In this document: in pieces, positions 21,802-38,625 of the stretch
Position numbering within the stretch: position 1 is the first letter of the stretch
Layout of the letters: each line of letters starts with the position of its first letter
Origin: the human T2T-CHM13v2.0 reference genome, Homo sapiens
Direction: 5' to 3' (one strand)
DNA length: 64,000 bases
NCBI RefSeq assembly: GCF_009914755.1
Contig: NC_060941.1
Notes under the pieces: model-generated
Databases searched by the model: none
What the model was told of the DNA's origin: nothing
Seen by the model: the letters and a program-made list of their open reading frames with translations, nothing else
Translations under genes and position numbers: made by a program

Positions 21802-24732
21802 AGGTAACAGTGTCAGCCCAGAGAGGAAAAACAAGGCTGGGGTGGGGGCAGGAGCCCTAGGACACCCCCTCCACCACCCCAACCAGGGCTTGTGGACGTG
21901 TGGACCCACCTGGGTGCTAACTGCCCGCTGGGCGATCTCCATCAGGCATGGCCCCTCTCTGGCCTCAGTTTGCCCATCTGTGAAAAGGAGGGGTGGAACA
22001 ACCTGTTCGGCAGCAGACAGGAACCAGAGTCAAGCTGAGCTTGGGAGGGGCAGGACACTGGTGCAGACAGACTCCTGCTGGGTCTTTGGAGCTCAGGGAG
22101 GGTGGGTGGAGGACAGACCAGGTCTGTCAGGGCACAGAGGTCGGTGGGCACCAGCTCTAAGTTCCTCGCTGTGTGACCTTGGGGAAGTTGCTGCACCTCT
22201 CCAGGCTTCAGTTTCCTTACCTGCAAGCTGGGCTTCTGGGGATCAGGCAGGTCTCCTCACTTCCTCCCTGTCCTTGCCTGCAGCCAGTCCCTTCCTCCTA
22301 AAATTGCACCCCCCCTCCACCACTTCCCTGCTTCATTTTCTCCAAAGCCTTGGTCATTGTGTAAGATTTTATACAATTTCCTAATCACTTATTGTCTGTC
22401 ACCCAGTAGCACATGGGCACTTGAGGGACAGAGAGCTTTGCCCTATTTTGTTGCTGGCTGAATCCCCAGGCCCTGGGACAGGGCTGGCACACAGCAGGGG
22501 TTCAGTGACCAGATGGGCAGGGCAAACACATGTGCATTGACTCCAGGGTACCTCTGGCTAGAAAGGAGGCAAATATGTCACTTGGAGACAAACTGTCATT
22601 TATGGCAGAAGAGTCCACAGTAGCTTGGATAGGAGTGTGGGGCAAAAGTTAGGCAGCCCAGACATTGCACGCCAGCCTTGGCCCCTGGCCCGCTGCCCGC
22701 CAGCTCAGACATGCTCCCTGGAGGAGGAGGGGGACAGCCCTTTGTAAACTCATAAAGGGCAGCTAGCTATGGCCACAGTTGCTCTAGGAGGCAGCATGAG
22801 GCCCATAAACCCCACCTCTGACAGCTTTACAGGGCTTGGTGTGAGTATGCCAGAGATGCCATGCATAGTGCCATCAGAGTTCCCAAGTACCAACCAGCAA
22901 GGGTGGAAGAGCTCTTACACACAAATCTGCCAGGCTGTCATTTTCCGAGGTGGCCATCAGGTCACCCGGCTTCCCAGCATCTGGGTTCCCTGACTCCCTG
23001 TGCTGCTGCCTCTTCTCTAAGAGTGCTGGATTCATGGGCAGGGGGTGGGGGGCAGCCTTCCAGGCCAGGAGGGGCTCCCTAATTCCTCCCCAGCTTGGTG
23101 TGCAGTCCTTGGAGCCTTAATATAATTATGATAACTGGCACTTATCATGTGCCAGTCATCATAAAAAACACGTTACATAGCTGTCCATTTTATAAATGAG
23201 GAAACTGAGGCTCAGAGGGGTAACTTGCCCAGGATTATACAGCGAGCAGCTAGCAGGTGTCAGAGCTGACTGTTGCTCAAAATACCATGCTCTTAGCCAC
23301 ATGCCCCATTTGAGTCTCAGCTTCCAACTCTGACCCCTGCTTGGTGGTTGTCCAAGGACCACTGAGAGGCCCCATGACAGATGATGGACAGAATGGGAGC
23401 AGGACCCAGGAGCCTGGGCCCAGGCAGGAAGAAGCCAAGGGTCAATGGCTCCACCTGCTGGTGCTGTGTACAACCCACAGCCAGCCAAGCCCAGGAAGCT
23501 CCTGACAGTTTTGACCTGGGCACACTTGGCCAGTATGCCTTGGACAAAAGGTTCGGGGGCACAGGCCAGGATTTCTCTGAGGGTCGCTTCCAGATCCCTT
23601 CCCAGGAAACACCGGTGCTGGCTCGCCTGCTCAAGAACTGCTCCCTAAGACTGTCCATCTTCCCTCCTGGTCAGAAAACACGTTGTTATCCAAACACACC
23701 CCTCGCTTCCCCACCTCTAGATCTCTACTCATGCTGTTCCCTGTGCCTGGCATATCATCTACTCTCCTTGTGCGCCAAAATCCTACTCATGCTTTAGAGC
23801 CCAACTCAGATGTCACTTCCTCCCTGGTGCCTTCACTATGTGGAATGTATCCACTGTCATTGAATTTCATTTATTCATTTGCTCATCATAGAGACCCCTG
23901 GGCCAGGCTGTGACCATTTCCCCTTCACATGCCTCTGGTTTGTCTCCTGTTTCAGTCCTGCCTTGTGGTTTTCACACAGCTGATGCTCAATAAATGCGTG
24001 CTGAGCAAACTCACAAGGCTGGGGTGTTCAGGTCTGATCATGTGCGTGTGCGCAGGTGGCTGCACTTACAGAGAGACGCCTGAAGAGGGCAGCACACTGG
24101 GGCGCTAACTTGGAGAGTGAGGCCGCGTGATTTGTTAGAGGAGGAAGCCGGAGGGCGGAGGGAGGGCCAGCCCCTCCCCCTCAACTCGGGCTCCAGACGT
24201 AGTTTGAGTCCCCTGTGCCCCCACTTTGCTGGGTGACCTTGGGCTTTGGGGTTGGTTCCAGGAGCCACTCAGCCAGGCCAGCCCGCCTGGCGGACGCCAT
24301 TCCCAGGAGATGACCAGGCCCTGGACAGCCGACACTTGGAAGACTGCCACGTCCTGCCTCCGCAGGAGCCGCAGCTCCCCGGGGCTGCAGGGAAGTGGTG
24401 GCTGGGCTGGGGGGGTGGGGGGTGAGCCCGCGGGGACTCCAGGCTCCAGGTGCCCACACCATCCCGGGGGTGGGCAGTCAGGGCCAAGAACGCACAGTAA
24501 ACCCCCAGCACACACAAGCGCACACACGCACATGCTGACAGCACTCGCATTTTTAAGATGGGGAAATAGAGGCTCAGAGGGGGCATGCGCGTTCCTGCCC
24601 CTCAGGATCACCAGCCTGCCCCCAGGAGAAAAGGGAAGGGAACAAGGCTGATGGCTGGTTCCACCAACTGGGCGCCCGGGCTCAGGGTGAATGTGGGGGG
24701 CTGTGACCCCTGAGACGTTGGATCTGCCTCCC

Positions 24733-25111
24733 TGGTATGGTTTGGATGTTTGTCCTCTCCGAATCTCTCACTGAAACGTGACTCCCAGTGTTAGAAGTGG
24801 GGCCTGGTGGGGGGTGTTTGGGTCATGGGACAGACCCTCATCAGTGGCTCTTTGCAGTAATGACTGAGGTCTGGTTGTTGAAAAGAGCCTGGCACCTCCC
24901 TCCCCGACTTGCCCCCGTCTCGCCATGTGATGCGCCGGATCCCCTTCCCCGTTTACCATGCGTAAAAGCTTCCTGAGGCCTCACCAGAGGCACATGCCGG
25001 TGCCATGCTTCCTACACAGCCTGTAGAACACCAAGTCAAATAAACGCCTTTTCTTTATAAATTACCCAGCCTCACGTGTTCCTTTATCACAACACTAAAT
25101 GGACGAACACA
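24733..25111 (+). mobile_element. MST-family MaLR solo LTR
   Basis: Starts tggtatggtttggatgtttgtcc, has aataaa...ataaattacccagcctc, ends ...aacaca. Confidence 0.8.
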
Positions 25112-25366
25112 CCCCTAGAGCCGCCTTCCTGACCATAGGCTCCTATTCCTTGCGGGTGCCTCCAGGCTCAGGGGAGCTCGCCACCCTGCAGGGCTAGCAG
25201 CAGACGTGCTGATCCCACACAGTGAACAGCTTGAGCTTGTTTCAAAACAGGCCGGCTGAACACATGGGAGTCACAGGGACCCGGCAGAGCCTGGAAGGCA
25301 TCAGGTGGGTGGGAATGCTTTTCCCCCAGCAGGAGCCCTCATGGGCTCCTGGCCCAGCCTGTCTGA

Positions 25367-25807
<441 letters not shown>

Positions 25808-26089
25808 TGAGAGGCCACTCTGCCCTCCTCTGGGGCCACCCCTTCCTTCATCCCTTCCTCCCGGCTGGACTCTTTACCACCCCAGTGCTAGCTCCGCTGG
25901 TGGCAGTAAGAGCTGGCATGGTAAGCGCCTCCTCCATTCCGGGCTCTGTGCCCACAGCAGCCCTGAGAGCTGGTACTGCTGGTGGTCCCCCCGCACACCT
26001 CCATGCCTGGGCCCAACCATTTCTCTGTGTCCCCTCATCAGCCCCTACCCGTACAGTCCCAGAGGCCATCATCTCCCTCCTGACTCCCC

Positions 26090-26655
26090 ACGGGCCTCCC
26101 TGCCACCACGCTCTCCCCCAACAGTTCTTTCTCCTCACAGCACTCAGAGTCATCTGCTAAAAATGGAGTCCAATTACATCTCTCCCCTGCTCAAGACCCT
26201 CCATGGCTCCCTATTGCTCTGAGAGAAAACCCGACCTCCTTTCAGGCCCTCTGTGATCACTGGATGTGGGTGGAACTCCAGCCCCTGCCCTTCGCTCACT
26301 CTGCTCCAGCCACGTCACCTCCTCCGGGCTCCTACATGCCCCAATCACATTCCCACCTCAGGGTCTTTGCAAATGCTATTCCCTCTGCCTAGAAGCCTCT
26401 CTTCCCAGGTCCTCCTCATTCCTGGGCACCTGGGAAGCCTCCACCTCCTAGTTCAGATCTTTGCTGCAAGGCCACCTCCTCAGAGAGCCCTTTCCTGACC
26501 ACCTTGGTTCATTCTGTATTAACATGTTTTCTTGTTCACTCACAAAGACTGAAACCCACGACAGCAGCAACTTTGTTTTTTTTCCCATTTGGTTTCCCCA
26601 GCCCCTAGAGCATCCTGGCACATGGCACCTAATCAATAAATATTCCTTGAATTAA
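26090..26655 (+). mobile_element. L2 3' fragment
   Basis: ctcccctgctcaagaccctccatggctccc...cctggcaca...caataaatattccttgaat. Confidence 0.75.
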
Positions 26656-27490
26656 TGCATCTAGATTCTACCAAGGCCTAAGAGTAGGAAGGACAGAGAC
26701 TAACTAGGAGCCTGACCCTGTCTACCCCCACCCCCATTCCTGCTGCTACTTTCCAGCCTGGATTCCTCAATCACTCCAGGGTGGCCCTTTAGGATTGGAT
26801 TCTGTGCTGCCCAGAGGCTGCCACACCACAGCTGAGGGCCGCCCTAATACAATGCCAGATGTTCCCCAGCACGGCCACCCTGCCTCCATGCCAGGGACTA
26901 TTCTAATTGCTTTAAATATACCAACTTGTTTCTTCCGTGCAATAGCCTATTTTACATGTGAAGAAACAGGCACAGAGAAGGTAAGTGACTTGCCCAAGCT
27001 CACACAGCCAGGAAGTGGCAGAACTAGCATTTGAGCCCAGGCAGCCTGGCCTCAGGGTGCATCTTCCCAACTATATCACATAGAGTGGGACCCTGTGCGG
27101 AGCACATCCTGGACACCCGCCCTGGGCGTTTCAGCACTCTCCTGCCCTCAATCTCTTGCCACATCACCACCCTGGACATCGCCCTCTCCTGATGAAGAAC
27201 CTATGATGGCTCCTATACTCGTAGAAGCCTGGACCTTCAGCCTGGCATTGAGGCCTTGCACAGCTGGCCTGATCCTGCTTTCCCAACACACCCCACTGCT
27301 CTGGGCTGCACCCTGGGGTGCCCAGACCACCGCCTGTGTCCGGAAGGCCTCTGCCCGGACTGCTCCCTCTGCAGGGATGCCATTCCTCCACCCTCACTCC
27401 GTGAGCCCGTCCCGGGCCCCAAGGCTCAGCTCAAATGCTGCCCAACCCCGCCCACCCTCCTCTGCACACACCCCCAAGGGCCAGAGCTCA

Positions 27491-27658
<168 letters not shown>

Positions 27659-27972
27659 TCAGCCAGCCTCCCACCCCGTGCCAGGTGTTCAAGGTCTGAG
27701 ACAAGGGAGATGTGATTGCACCCATTTTACAGATGGGAAAACTGAGGCACAGAGAGGTGAAGCAATACACCCACAATCACACAGCAGAGGCAGGCAGGAG
27801 CTGGAACACAATCCCAGCATTTTAGCTCCTGAGGCCAGCCTCTCCTACCATGCCAGCAAACACATACCCTTATGGAAACAGAAAAGTCACACTCCAGTGA
27901 GCCACACCCCAGCCAACCTCAGTCTAACTTTCCCTTTGAGATGGTAGATTCTTTAAAGTCAAAAAATAAATC

Positions 27973-28712
<740 letters not shown>

Positions 28713-29011
28713 AAAAAAAAAAAACTTCTTAAGTCGAAAATATAAAAACATGACAAAAATAATAGTAGCTTTGATATGGTGAGGAAATATCCATTCCACA
28801 GTCTCAGGCCACCTGAATTTTTTTCACAGGCACAAGTTCCTTTTGCTGCTGACCAAACAGAACTGGGTATGCAGAAGTTGCCTGGTAAATGCTTAGACTC
28901 TTGCAAGATCCCCAGGGTCTGGGAGTGAAACTCCTTTTCCAGTCCTGCTTATCTTGCTGTGTGGCTCCTGGTAGCTCCTGGTAGCCCCCGGCCTCTTCAG
29001 GAATTTGCCAC

Positions 29012-29357
29012 TGCTATAGGCTGACTTTCTGTCCCCCAAAATTCAAATATTGAAACCTAATCCCCCATGTGACAGCAGTAAAAGGTGGGGTCATTGGGAG
29101 GTGATTAGCAGTCCCCCTGAATGGGATTGGTGCCCTTATGAAAGAGACCCCAGAGAGCTCACTTGTCTCTCTGCCATGTGAGGACACAGCTAAAAGACAC
29201 AGCCGTCTGTGAACCAGGAAGTAGCCTCATCAGACGTGAATTTGCCGGCACCTTGATCTTGAACTTCAGACTCCAGAACAGTGAGCAACAAATGTCTGTT
29301 GTTCATAAGCTACCCAGTGGATGGCATTCCGTGACAGCAGCCTGCAGGACTAGAACA
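29012..29357 (+). mobile_element. MLT1A/B-like MaLR solo LTR
   Basis: tgctataggctga...cccccaaaattc...ccagaacagtgagcaacaaatgtctgttgttcataagc...gactagaaca. Confidence 0.8.
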
Positions 29358-32300
29358 CCCACCATCGGAGGGGCTGTGTGGTCTCTGACTGGCTTTCCTA
29401 ACTCCAGTGTTTTAGCCCAGCTTTGGCTCTGACCCCTTTATTGTTCGGATGGGGAAACTGAGGCCCAGAGCAGCCACAGGTCTCGTGGTGGCACCATGAC
29501 AGAATGTTCCCCTTCACTCCTTCCATAAATGCTCCTCTCCCTGAGTCAGACTGAGCTCGGCACAGGTGGTGGAAGCCAGGCGGGGCTTTTCCTGTTGTTT
29601 CGGATGTTGATGAGCCCTCGGGGCTGAGTGCAGAAGGCGTGCGGTGCTGCACATGCCGCTAGTGTCCTGGCCATGTCCCGGCGCCGGCCTTGGCAGGATG
29701 AAGGCTGCTCAGTACAGACCTCGGGGCCTTTTTTCTGGTGATTGACATATTTGGCCTGGGTTCAGGGCAGGCTGAGGCTCCCAGGAACAGTCTGACTCCC
29801 AGTGGTGACTGATGGAGCAGAGGGGTAGACGCCCCAGCGCCTGGCCTTCCGGAGGCATGACTCCTAGGTGCGCATTCTGTACTGTCTCCAGCTGGCCCTG
29901 GTCCCCAGCCAGATGGAGCTCCGGTTACCCCCAGCAGCGATGACGCCAACAGTTTGCCCCACTGGCTCCCCCACTTCCCTGTCCTCTTCTCCACTGTTAT
30001 ATAAATTCCTTGTTATCAGGCTCGTGTCTCAGGGACGGCTTCCGGAGAAACCCGAACTCCTAGACATGAGATTCTAGACCACTGCTGCCCCCAAACGAAT
30101 GGGGGCCCCTCGGCCCCTGTCCCAGCGAGTTTCCTTCTGGGAGGGGACGTGGGGAAGGTAGCCGCTGGGTATAGGGCTCAGGGCAACCATCCGGAGAGCT
30201 CAGCCTGGGTCTTCTGGGGTTTGGAGACCTGAAGGCAGGTGCCCAGCCAGCCTGGGTGTCTCAAGGCCAGAGGTGAATGCCACAGGCTGCAGCAGGAGGG
30301 GAGCGTAGGGGGCCCAGGGTTGGGGTTACCAGGCAGGGGAGCTGCAGAGAGCTTCTCCACCAGGAAGCCCCCAGCTCCGTCCCGCAACAGTGCCCAGCGT
30401 GGCCCAGGGCGGGAGTTTCCTGAGGGGGCAGGTTTCTTCGAAGAACCCACAAAACTCCTCAGGCGGCATCAGTGTGTGGGTGGCTGTTGCCCTCAGAGAG
30501 CATCGCAATCACACCCTCCCAGGAGTTCCCACGTCCCCTGCCAGCCCTGCCCCCACCATGGCTTGACGGATGGAGGCAAGAAGAAAGCACTTCCTGAAAC
30601 TCCAGGGCCCGGCTCCTTCCCCCACACCAGTGTCACTCCATTTGTGGCCATCTCGCATCATTCCTGTTTTACTGATGTGGAAACCGAGGCCCAGATAGGG
30701 GCAGAGACGCCCCCACACCCCACCAGATTGCATAGCAAGTGCATGGCCTGGGACTCTCCCAGTCCCACAGCTGTTCTTATGAGCTTCCCCGCTGTCCTCC
30801 AGGGTGTCCCAGCCCAGGGCCATGCCACACGGCTGCAGTCCCGCTCCACCTCGTGCCAGCTGTGAGATCCTGGGGGGGCACTCAACCTCTCTGTGCCTCT
30901 GTCTGCTAATCTCAAAGATGGCGATGGTGGTGCTCAGCTCTCAGGGCCTTGGGAGGATGCATGAGCTGCTCGTACGCGGGTGTTTGCTGCTCCCCCCACA
31001 CATCCCCCTGCCAGGCTTGTCTCTGCCTTCCCTGGCAGACATCTACTTGAACTTCCAGGCCCAGCGGGCCACACCCTTCCTCTAGGAAGCCATCCCTGAC
31101 TCCCATGGGCCGTGAGGCTGGGTCACTTGCCGCTGTGGCCCCTGCTGATGGGGCTGGCTCTGGAGCACTTGGCGTACATTGTGCCTCCCCCGGGGGCTCC
31201 TGGGGTTGGCAGGGGTGAGAGGGGGTGCCCAGGGAAGGAGTGGGCCTGGCATAGGCACGAGGCCTACCTCTGAATTTCTGAGGCCCCAGCCCTCCCTCTG
31301 ACCCCACACCTGAGGCCTTTATGGGCTAAGTCAGGTATGGAGCTGGAGTTTCCCCATAGTTATTTTGGGGAGCAAGGCAGGTGCTGAGGTTAGTCGAGGA
31401 CACACCTGGGCATCACTTCAGGCAGGTTACTCGGGGGCTTGACCCCATCCCTGCTGTGTCCCAGACACAAATGGCCAGAGATGACCCCAGAGGCATGGGA
31501 GGCTGAAACCCTCCATGGCTCCCAACTGCCCTGCTAGAGTCTTGCCTCGACCACTGGCATCCCCTCGACAGGCCTGGCCCGGCACTGCGGTCTTTTGTCA
31601 TCTTTTCTCCCCTGCCTGAGCAAATGCGACCCTCTCAGCAGCTGTAGGCCAGCCAGCCTTCCAGCCATTGCCAGGCCATTTCCTCCACCTGAAGGCCCCT
31701 CCCTGACAGCTTGGCCCAGGGGGATTGCTCCCGTTCATGCCCTCTGGCATGTCTGGATGGTCCCATTGGCTTACAGGGGCCTGGGGCACTGGCTCCAGCT
31801 TGTGGCCCTGGGTCGGATTCTCTCGTCTCTCTCCCTCTTCGCACACCCCCCTCCCTCTCCCCCTTAATTGACAGAAAGATCACAGAAACCTGCCCAATGT
31901 CACACAACCACGCGGGACATAGTGGGGCCTGGAACCCAGGCTGCCGCCCCAGATGCCGACTGGAAGCTGCAGCCTCTGTGGGGGAGGCTGGGAGTGCCTG
32001 CAGCCCGGGCAGGTGGCTGAGGACCTGGGTCGGAGGGGGCCTCGCCCAGCACAGGAAGCTGGAGGTGGTGGCAGCTTTGGAACTAACTTAAAGAGAGATA
32101 AAGAGGAAATACCTCTCATGCCCCACCCTGGCCCTGCACCTCCTTCCCTTCCCACCGCACAGCCACACACACATCTCAGCTCCCAAACTGTCCCGCCAGC
32201 CTGCTTGGCCCTGTCACCTGTCTCCATATCTGACTGAGTCCTACCATAACACCTCCATGGCTCCCCACATGGCTTGGCATTTGGGGGCCTCCTGCCAGTC

Positions 32301-33339
32301 CCACATGCCACAAGTTCTCTCTCATTGCTCTCCCTTTGCTCATCCTGACCCTCTCCCAGGGATGCCTTTCTCTTTTTCTACTTAACCAACTCCTACACAT
32401 CCTTCAAAACCTCACTCATTGCCACCTCTTCTGAGAAGCCTTCCCTGAGAAATCACCTTAATGCTCACTGTCTTCCCATGTAGTATGTCCTTCATGTCCT
32501 CTTTCTCCCCCAGAACACAGCTGCTCTGACCCCTTGTGTCTCCAGCATCACCCGGGCTGGACCCCCTGGAATTGTGGCCAGTGTTTAGTGAATGACTAAG
32601 TGGCTGTATCTTGGGGCTGCCTCAGCTGCCATTTAAAGCATATCCAGTTGGTTTGCATAGATTTCTTGGGCCCCATGCCTGTTCTGAGGCTGGGCCCTGC
32701 CCCAGTCATTCTCAGGGCAGCAGTGTTGGCTGCCACCTGCCCAGAGCCCAACCTGGGACATCCCTAGGCTGGTAGGTCCCAGGCCCCAGGATAGCTGGGC
32801 CCCAGGCCCAGTTCTTGCTCCACCCTGGTACCAGACTCTGCTCTGCCAATGTCCAACTCCCCCCCAGACTCCAAAGGCAGGGCCTACAGGGTCTGCTTCC
32901 CGCCCAGCCCTCTCCCAGCCACAACCCAGGGCCGGGCCAGCTCTCAGCAAGAGCTCTAGAACCCTCCACCCTGAACAGATTGGAGCATCTGCCCTCCTTG
33001 AGTTATAGATAGGAAAACTGAGGAACAGAGGGCAGGGACCTGCCTGAGGCCACACAGCAGCCAGTGGCGCAGCCAGCTGAAAGCCCAGGGCCTTGTCCTC
33101 TCTCGGGGACCTCCTGGACATTCTCCAGTGGCTCACGTCCTCAGTGTGGAAGCCTGGGCTTGCCCTGACTCTGTCCCCACTCTGGGGAAGTCCTCAGAAC
33201 TCAGTCTCCTATGCCTGCCCAGGCTGGTGGCCTCTGTGGAGCCTGGGGGCCCCAGACAGATGGACAGAGGCCCAGGAGTGAGGGGGTCCCATGGCCAGGA
33301 GAGATAGAGCCACGGGGATGGGATGGGGCTGTCCACTCA

Positions 33340-33552
<213 letters not shown>

Positions 33553-34845
33553 CTACTCACAGAGCAGGGCTGGGGGCCTGGGACAGGACTTGCCCATGGT
33601 CCCAAGGGCTGAATTAGAAGCCCTCGTTCCTCAGTGCTGCCCATCCCCTGGCCCCAGGACAGCCCATCCTCAGGTGATTCACAGACTCCAAGGGAGGCAC
33701 AGTCGGGGACTCGTAGGAGGCTTGGGGTGGCTGGAGCTGGATTCTCAGGCTCCGACACCAGGAGCCCTGCGGACCATGGGGTTTGCAGGAGCAGAACTGG
33801 GGACCTGAGTTCCTTCCTGGGTTGTGCCCCCGAGTTTGGGGGGCCCACAGCACTTACATGCCACGCACTGAGCCTTGGGGTGAAGGTCGGGGGACCCGGC
33901 CTGAGCACAGCCACCAGTGGTCACCTAGGGTCCCTCGCATTTAGACAGCTCAGGGGTGACAATTCAGTGGGGGGACGTCAGGCTCTGGGGAGCAGATAAG
34001 GGGGCCTTTGGTCTGAGACAGACTGGTTCTCAGCCCTGGCATGGCCTGCTCGGTCACACGGGCTCCTCTTCCGAGCCTGTGAGGCCCCCATCACACCACA
34101 GGTGGGCCCGGAGGAACTGAAATAGCCAGAGCCGGGGTGGGAGTCCCTGAGGGGGAGCAACCAAGCGACCAAGGCGGGGGGCGGGGCCGGGCCTGGGAGG
34201 GGCACAGCATGAGGCCGGGGGTCCTGCCTCCATTCCCTGGGCACGCCTTCCGTCTGTCCCCCTGATTCTCATATAGCCCCCAAGGTCAACATCACCAAAT
34301 GCTATTTTACAAATAACAAAACTGAGGCCCACAGGGGAAGTGACTTGGCCAAGGCCACGCAGCAGGGGAGAGGCAGAGCCTGTTTGGTCAGTCAGGACTC
34401 TGAGGCCTGGAGTTTTTGGCTCACTGGTCAAGGGGGTCCTGGCCCACCAATTTTTGCCTCCAGTCCTCTTTGTCACTGGACTCCAGCTTGAGGGGACATC
34501 TCTCCTGTGAGGGGACATCTCTCCTGTCAGTCCTGGAGCAGGTTCCAATGTCAGCTCAATCCTTCAGGGGTACTTGAGAGAAAAAATTGGGCACGGGGTA
34601 CCAAAGGCCCAGGGCGGGCCAATACAGGGGCATCAACTCCAGCAGTGATATTTTGCCAAGAGTAGCTGGGATTGGCCTCCTAGGGCCCAGGCCTGAGGCC
34701 CCACCCTCACAGGTGGCCTCTGCACCCCCATCTCCACCCCCGCTTTGTCCACCAGGCCAGGCTGGCTGAGCCTCTTCCTTCCTGCCCCTGCAGCCTGGGC
34801 CAGGTCAGCAGACCCAGGGGTGAACGGAAGCAGGTGGCTGACTCA

Positions 34846-35743
<898 letters not shown>

Positions 35744-35944
35744 TGAACATTGTTTGAAAGCCCCAGACCCTCTGAGACCCGGGAATTCTCACAAGGGAGA
35801 GAGGCCAACTCCTCCCTGGAGGAGTATCACTGCTCAAGGTGAGAGGCAGAACTTGGCCTGCCCCTGAGCCTTTGCCCACATGGTGCCCTCCACCCAGGCT
35901 GCCGCCCCACTTTACCATCCCAGCCCGATGCAGTTGCTGCTTGA

Positions 35945-36540
35945 TAGTTGTTTACTGAGCACCTACTGTGTGCCAGGCACCCCACGACAGAGCAGGGAAC
36001 AAGAAGCTCACATTCTAGTAGGCAGAGACAGACCATAAACAAGGGAAGAAACAAATAAGCAAGGTAGTTTAATGGAGCAGTAAGCGCTGTGAAAAATGGA
36101 CATCAGGTGACAGATGGAGAATGTCTGGTTGGGTGGGAGCAGGGAGATTGTCAACACGGGACAGGTGGGGTGGTCCAGAAAGGCCTCTCTGAAGAAGTGA
36201 CATGGAAGCTGAGACCCGAATTACAAGAAGGAACCAGCGGTAAGAAAATGTGGGGAACAGTGTCCAAGACGGACGGAACAGCCAGTGCCAAGGCTCTGAG
36301 GTGGGGCCAAGCTCTGTCCCTGAAACAGAAAGGAGGCCAGGGTGTCTGGAGCTGAGGGAGGGAGGAGCAGATGTCATAAGATGTACGGGGGAGGACCAGG
36401 CTCTGAGTCATGGCCACTGCATGGAGACTGGGCTGGGGAGCAGGGATTGTTGCGGGGAGGCCTTGGGAGCCACCACGCAAGCCCAGGTAAGTGACAATGG
36501 AGGCCTGGGCTGGAGGAGGGGCTTCGGGTAGGTTTTGCCA
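35945..36540 (-). mobile_element. L2 fragment
   Basis: tttactgagcacctactgtgtgccaggcac...ggcctctctgaagaagtgac...cagccagtgccaaggctctgag. Confidence 0.75.
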
Positions 36541-38157
36541 GAGTTGCCGACAAGACAATGACAGGCAGCAGAAAGTAGGTTCAGGGAGCCCAGGGCTGGC
36601 TGTGTTGGGTCTGGACCGTCGCCCTTTCCCATGGAGATGTCAAGGTGACATGGGCTTCCTGAGTCTGGGTCTCATCATCCAGGCTGCTCGTGCAGAGATG
36701 GGAGTGAAGCCACTAACCACATGCCCCTCCAGCTGGCAACAGCATGGGGGTGCGTGCACCCAGAAACGCCTGGCCTATCAGGGAGGGAGGCTTTGTCCCA
36801 GGGAGGTGATGTTTGGGGCCATTTGTCCAGGGTGAGTCCATGAGCCAGAGTTTTCATCCAAGACCAAAGTTCAGATTTCAAGAACGGGCTTCATCGCCCA
36901 CTCTCCCAGGCTGGACTCAATCTGTAGGCAGGCAGTGCCATGGCAGGGGCTGGCCCACAGGGAGCACTGGAAAATACTTGCTAGACGAGAGGACAGGATG
37001 GTCGCGGAGCTCAGCTTCCACCCCAGCCACTTGATCCCTCCAAGCCTGGCTCAACGCCTCCCGCGCACCCCATTCCTATTTCATCACTGCCCCACTCCCT
37101 CCCAACACCACACTTGGGTCTAGAGACCTCGAAGTGCTCTCAGATGAGAAACCAAGACTTGGATCCCCGCAGAGGGTCATGCCTTGGGCTCACAGCCCCA
37201 GTGCTCAGCCTGGCCCTGTCCCCATCTGGCCACATGTCCACGAGGCCGACAGCCAGCACTGCAGTGACCCCAGGTGCCAGCACCAGCACCCCAGCATAGA
37301 GAAGGAGGAATTGCTCCTCCTCCTCTGGACCCCAACCCCCAGCCCAGCCTGTTCAGACCAAGCGCAAGTTCCACAGCCAAAGGGACACGGGTTCAAAACT
37401 GACTCCATACCGAGCAGGTCATGTTGCCTCCCTGTGCCTCAGTTTAGTCACCTGTGAAATGGGGGTGCCAGTCCCCATTGCTTAAATGGTACATGAGGTG
37501 TGCTGCTGAGTTCGGGGCCTGGCTATAGCAGGGTGATGGCACAGGGAGCTCTCCCGTCTTGTGCTTGAAGCTTGTGGCCAAGGGCAGCGCCCAGGGCTCA
37601 GCGCAGAGGAGCATCCAGTCTAACACCCATTGCTCCAGTGGGGAAACTGAGGCCCAGGGAAGGGCAGTCACTTCCCTAGTGTGGTTTACTGGCAGTTCCA
37701 GTGCACACGTCTTGGCATGGCCACTCCCAGAATCCTGGGCATGGCTTTCATATGCAAACTTTTAAGCAAGGACATTTCCAGAGACACATTCCACAGGCCC
37801 AACTGTCTAGACCGTCTTGGAAGGCTGCAACATCTGTCAAAAGCGGCCCAGACAAGGAGAAATGAACGGTGGTATGACTCTATTTTCCCTTTTCTCCACA
37901 CTACTGGGAAGCTCATCCTTGACACTTTCATCTTAGCTATTTTAGCCCTACTAGGTTAGCATGTGTACTTATTTCTTTCCTAAGACCTTCTCTCTCTCCC
38001 TCTTTCTCGCTCTGTTCTCCATTCCCATACTCTGTCTCTCTCTCTAGCTCTCATTCTCTCCCTCTCTCAACAATTTTCTTTTCAAACTTTTTCCTGGAAA
38101 ACTGGGGGTTGAACTAACTCCTGCCAGACACTGTGGTAATATCTCATCGAATCCTCA

Positions 38158-38625
<468 letters not shown>

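Noticed and set aside
34490-34527. 19-bp tandem duplication gaggggacatctctcctgt x2
   Set aside because: Ordinary slippage duplication with no sign of function
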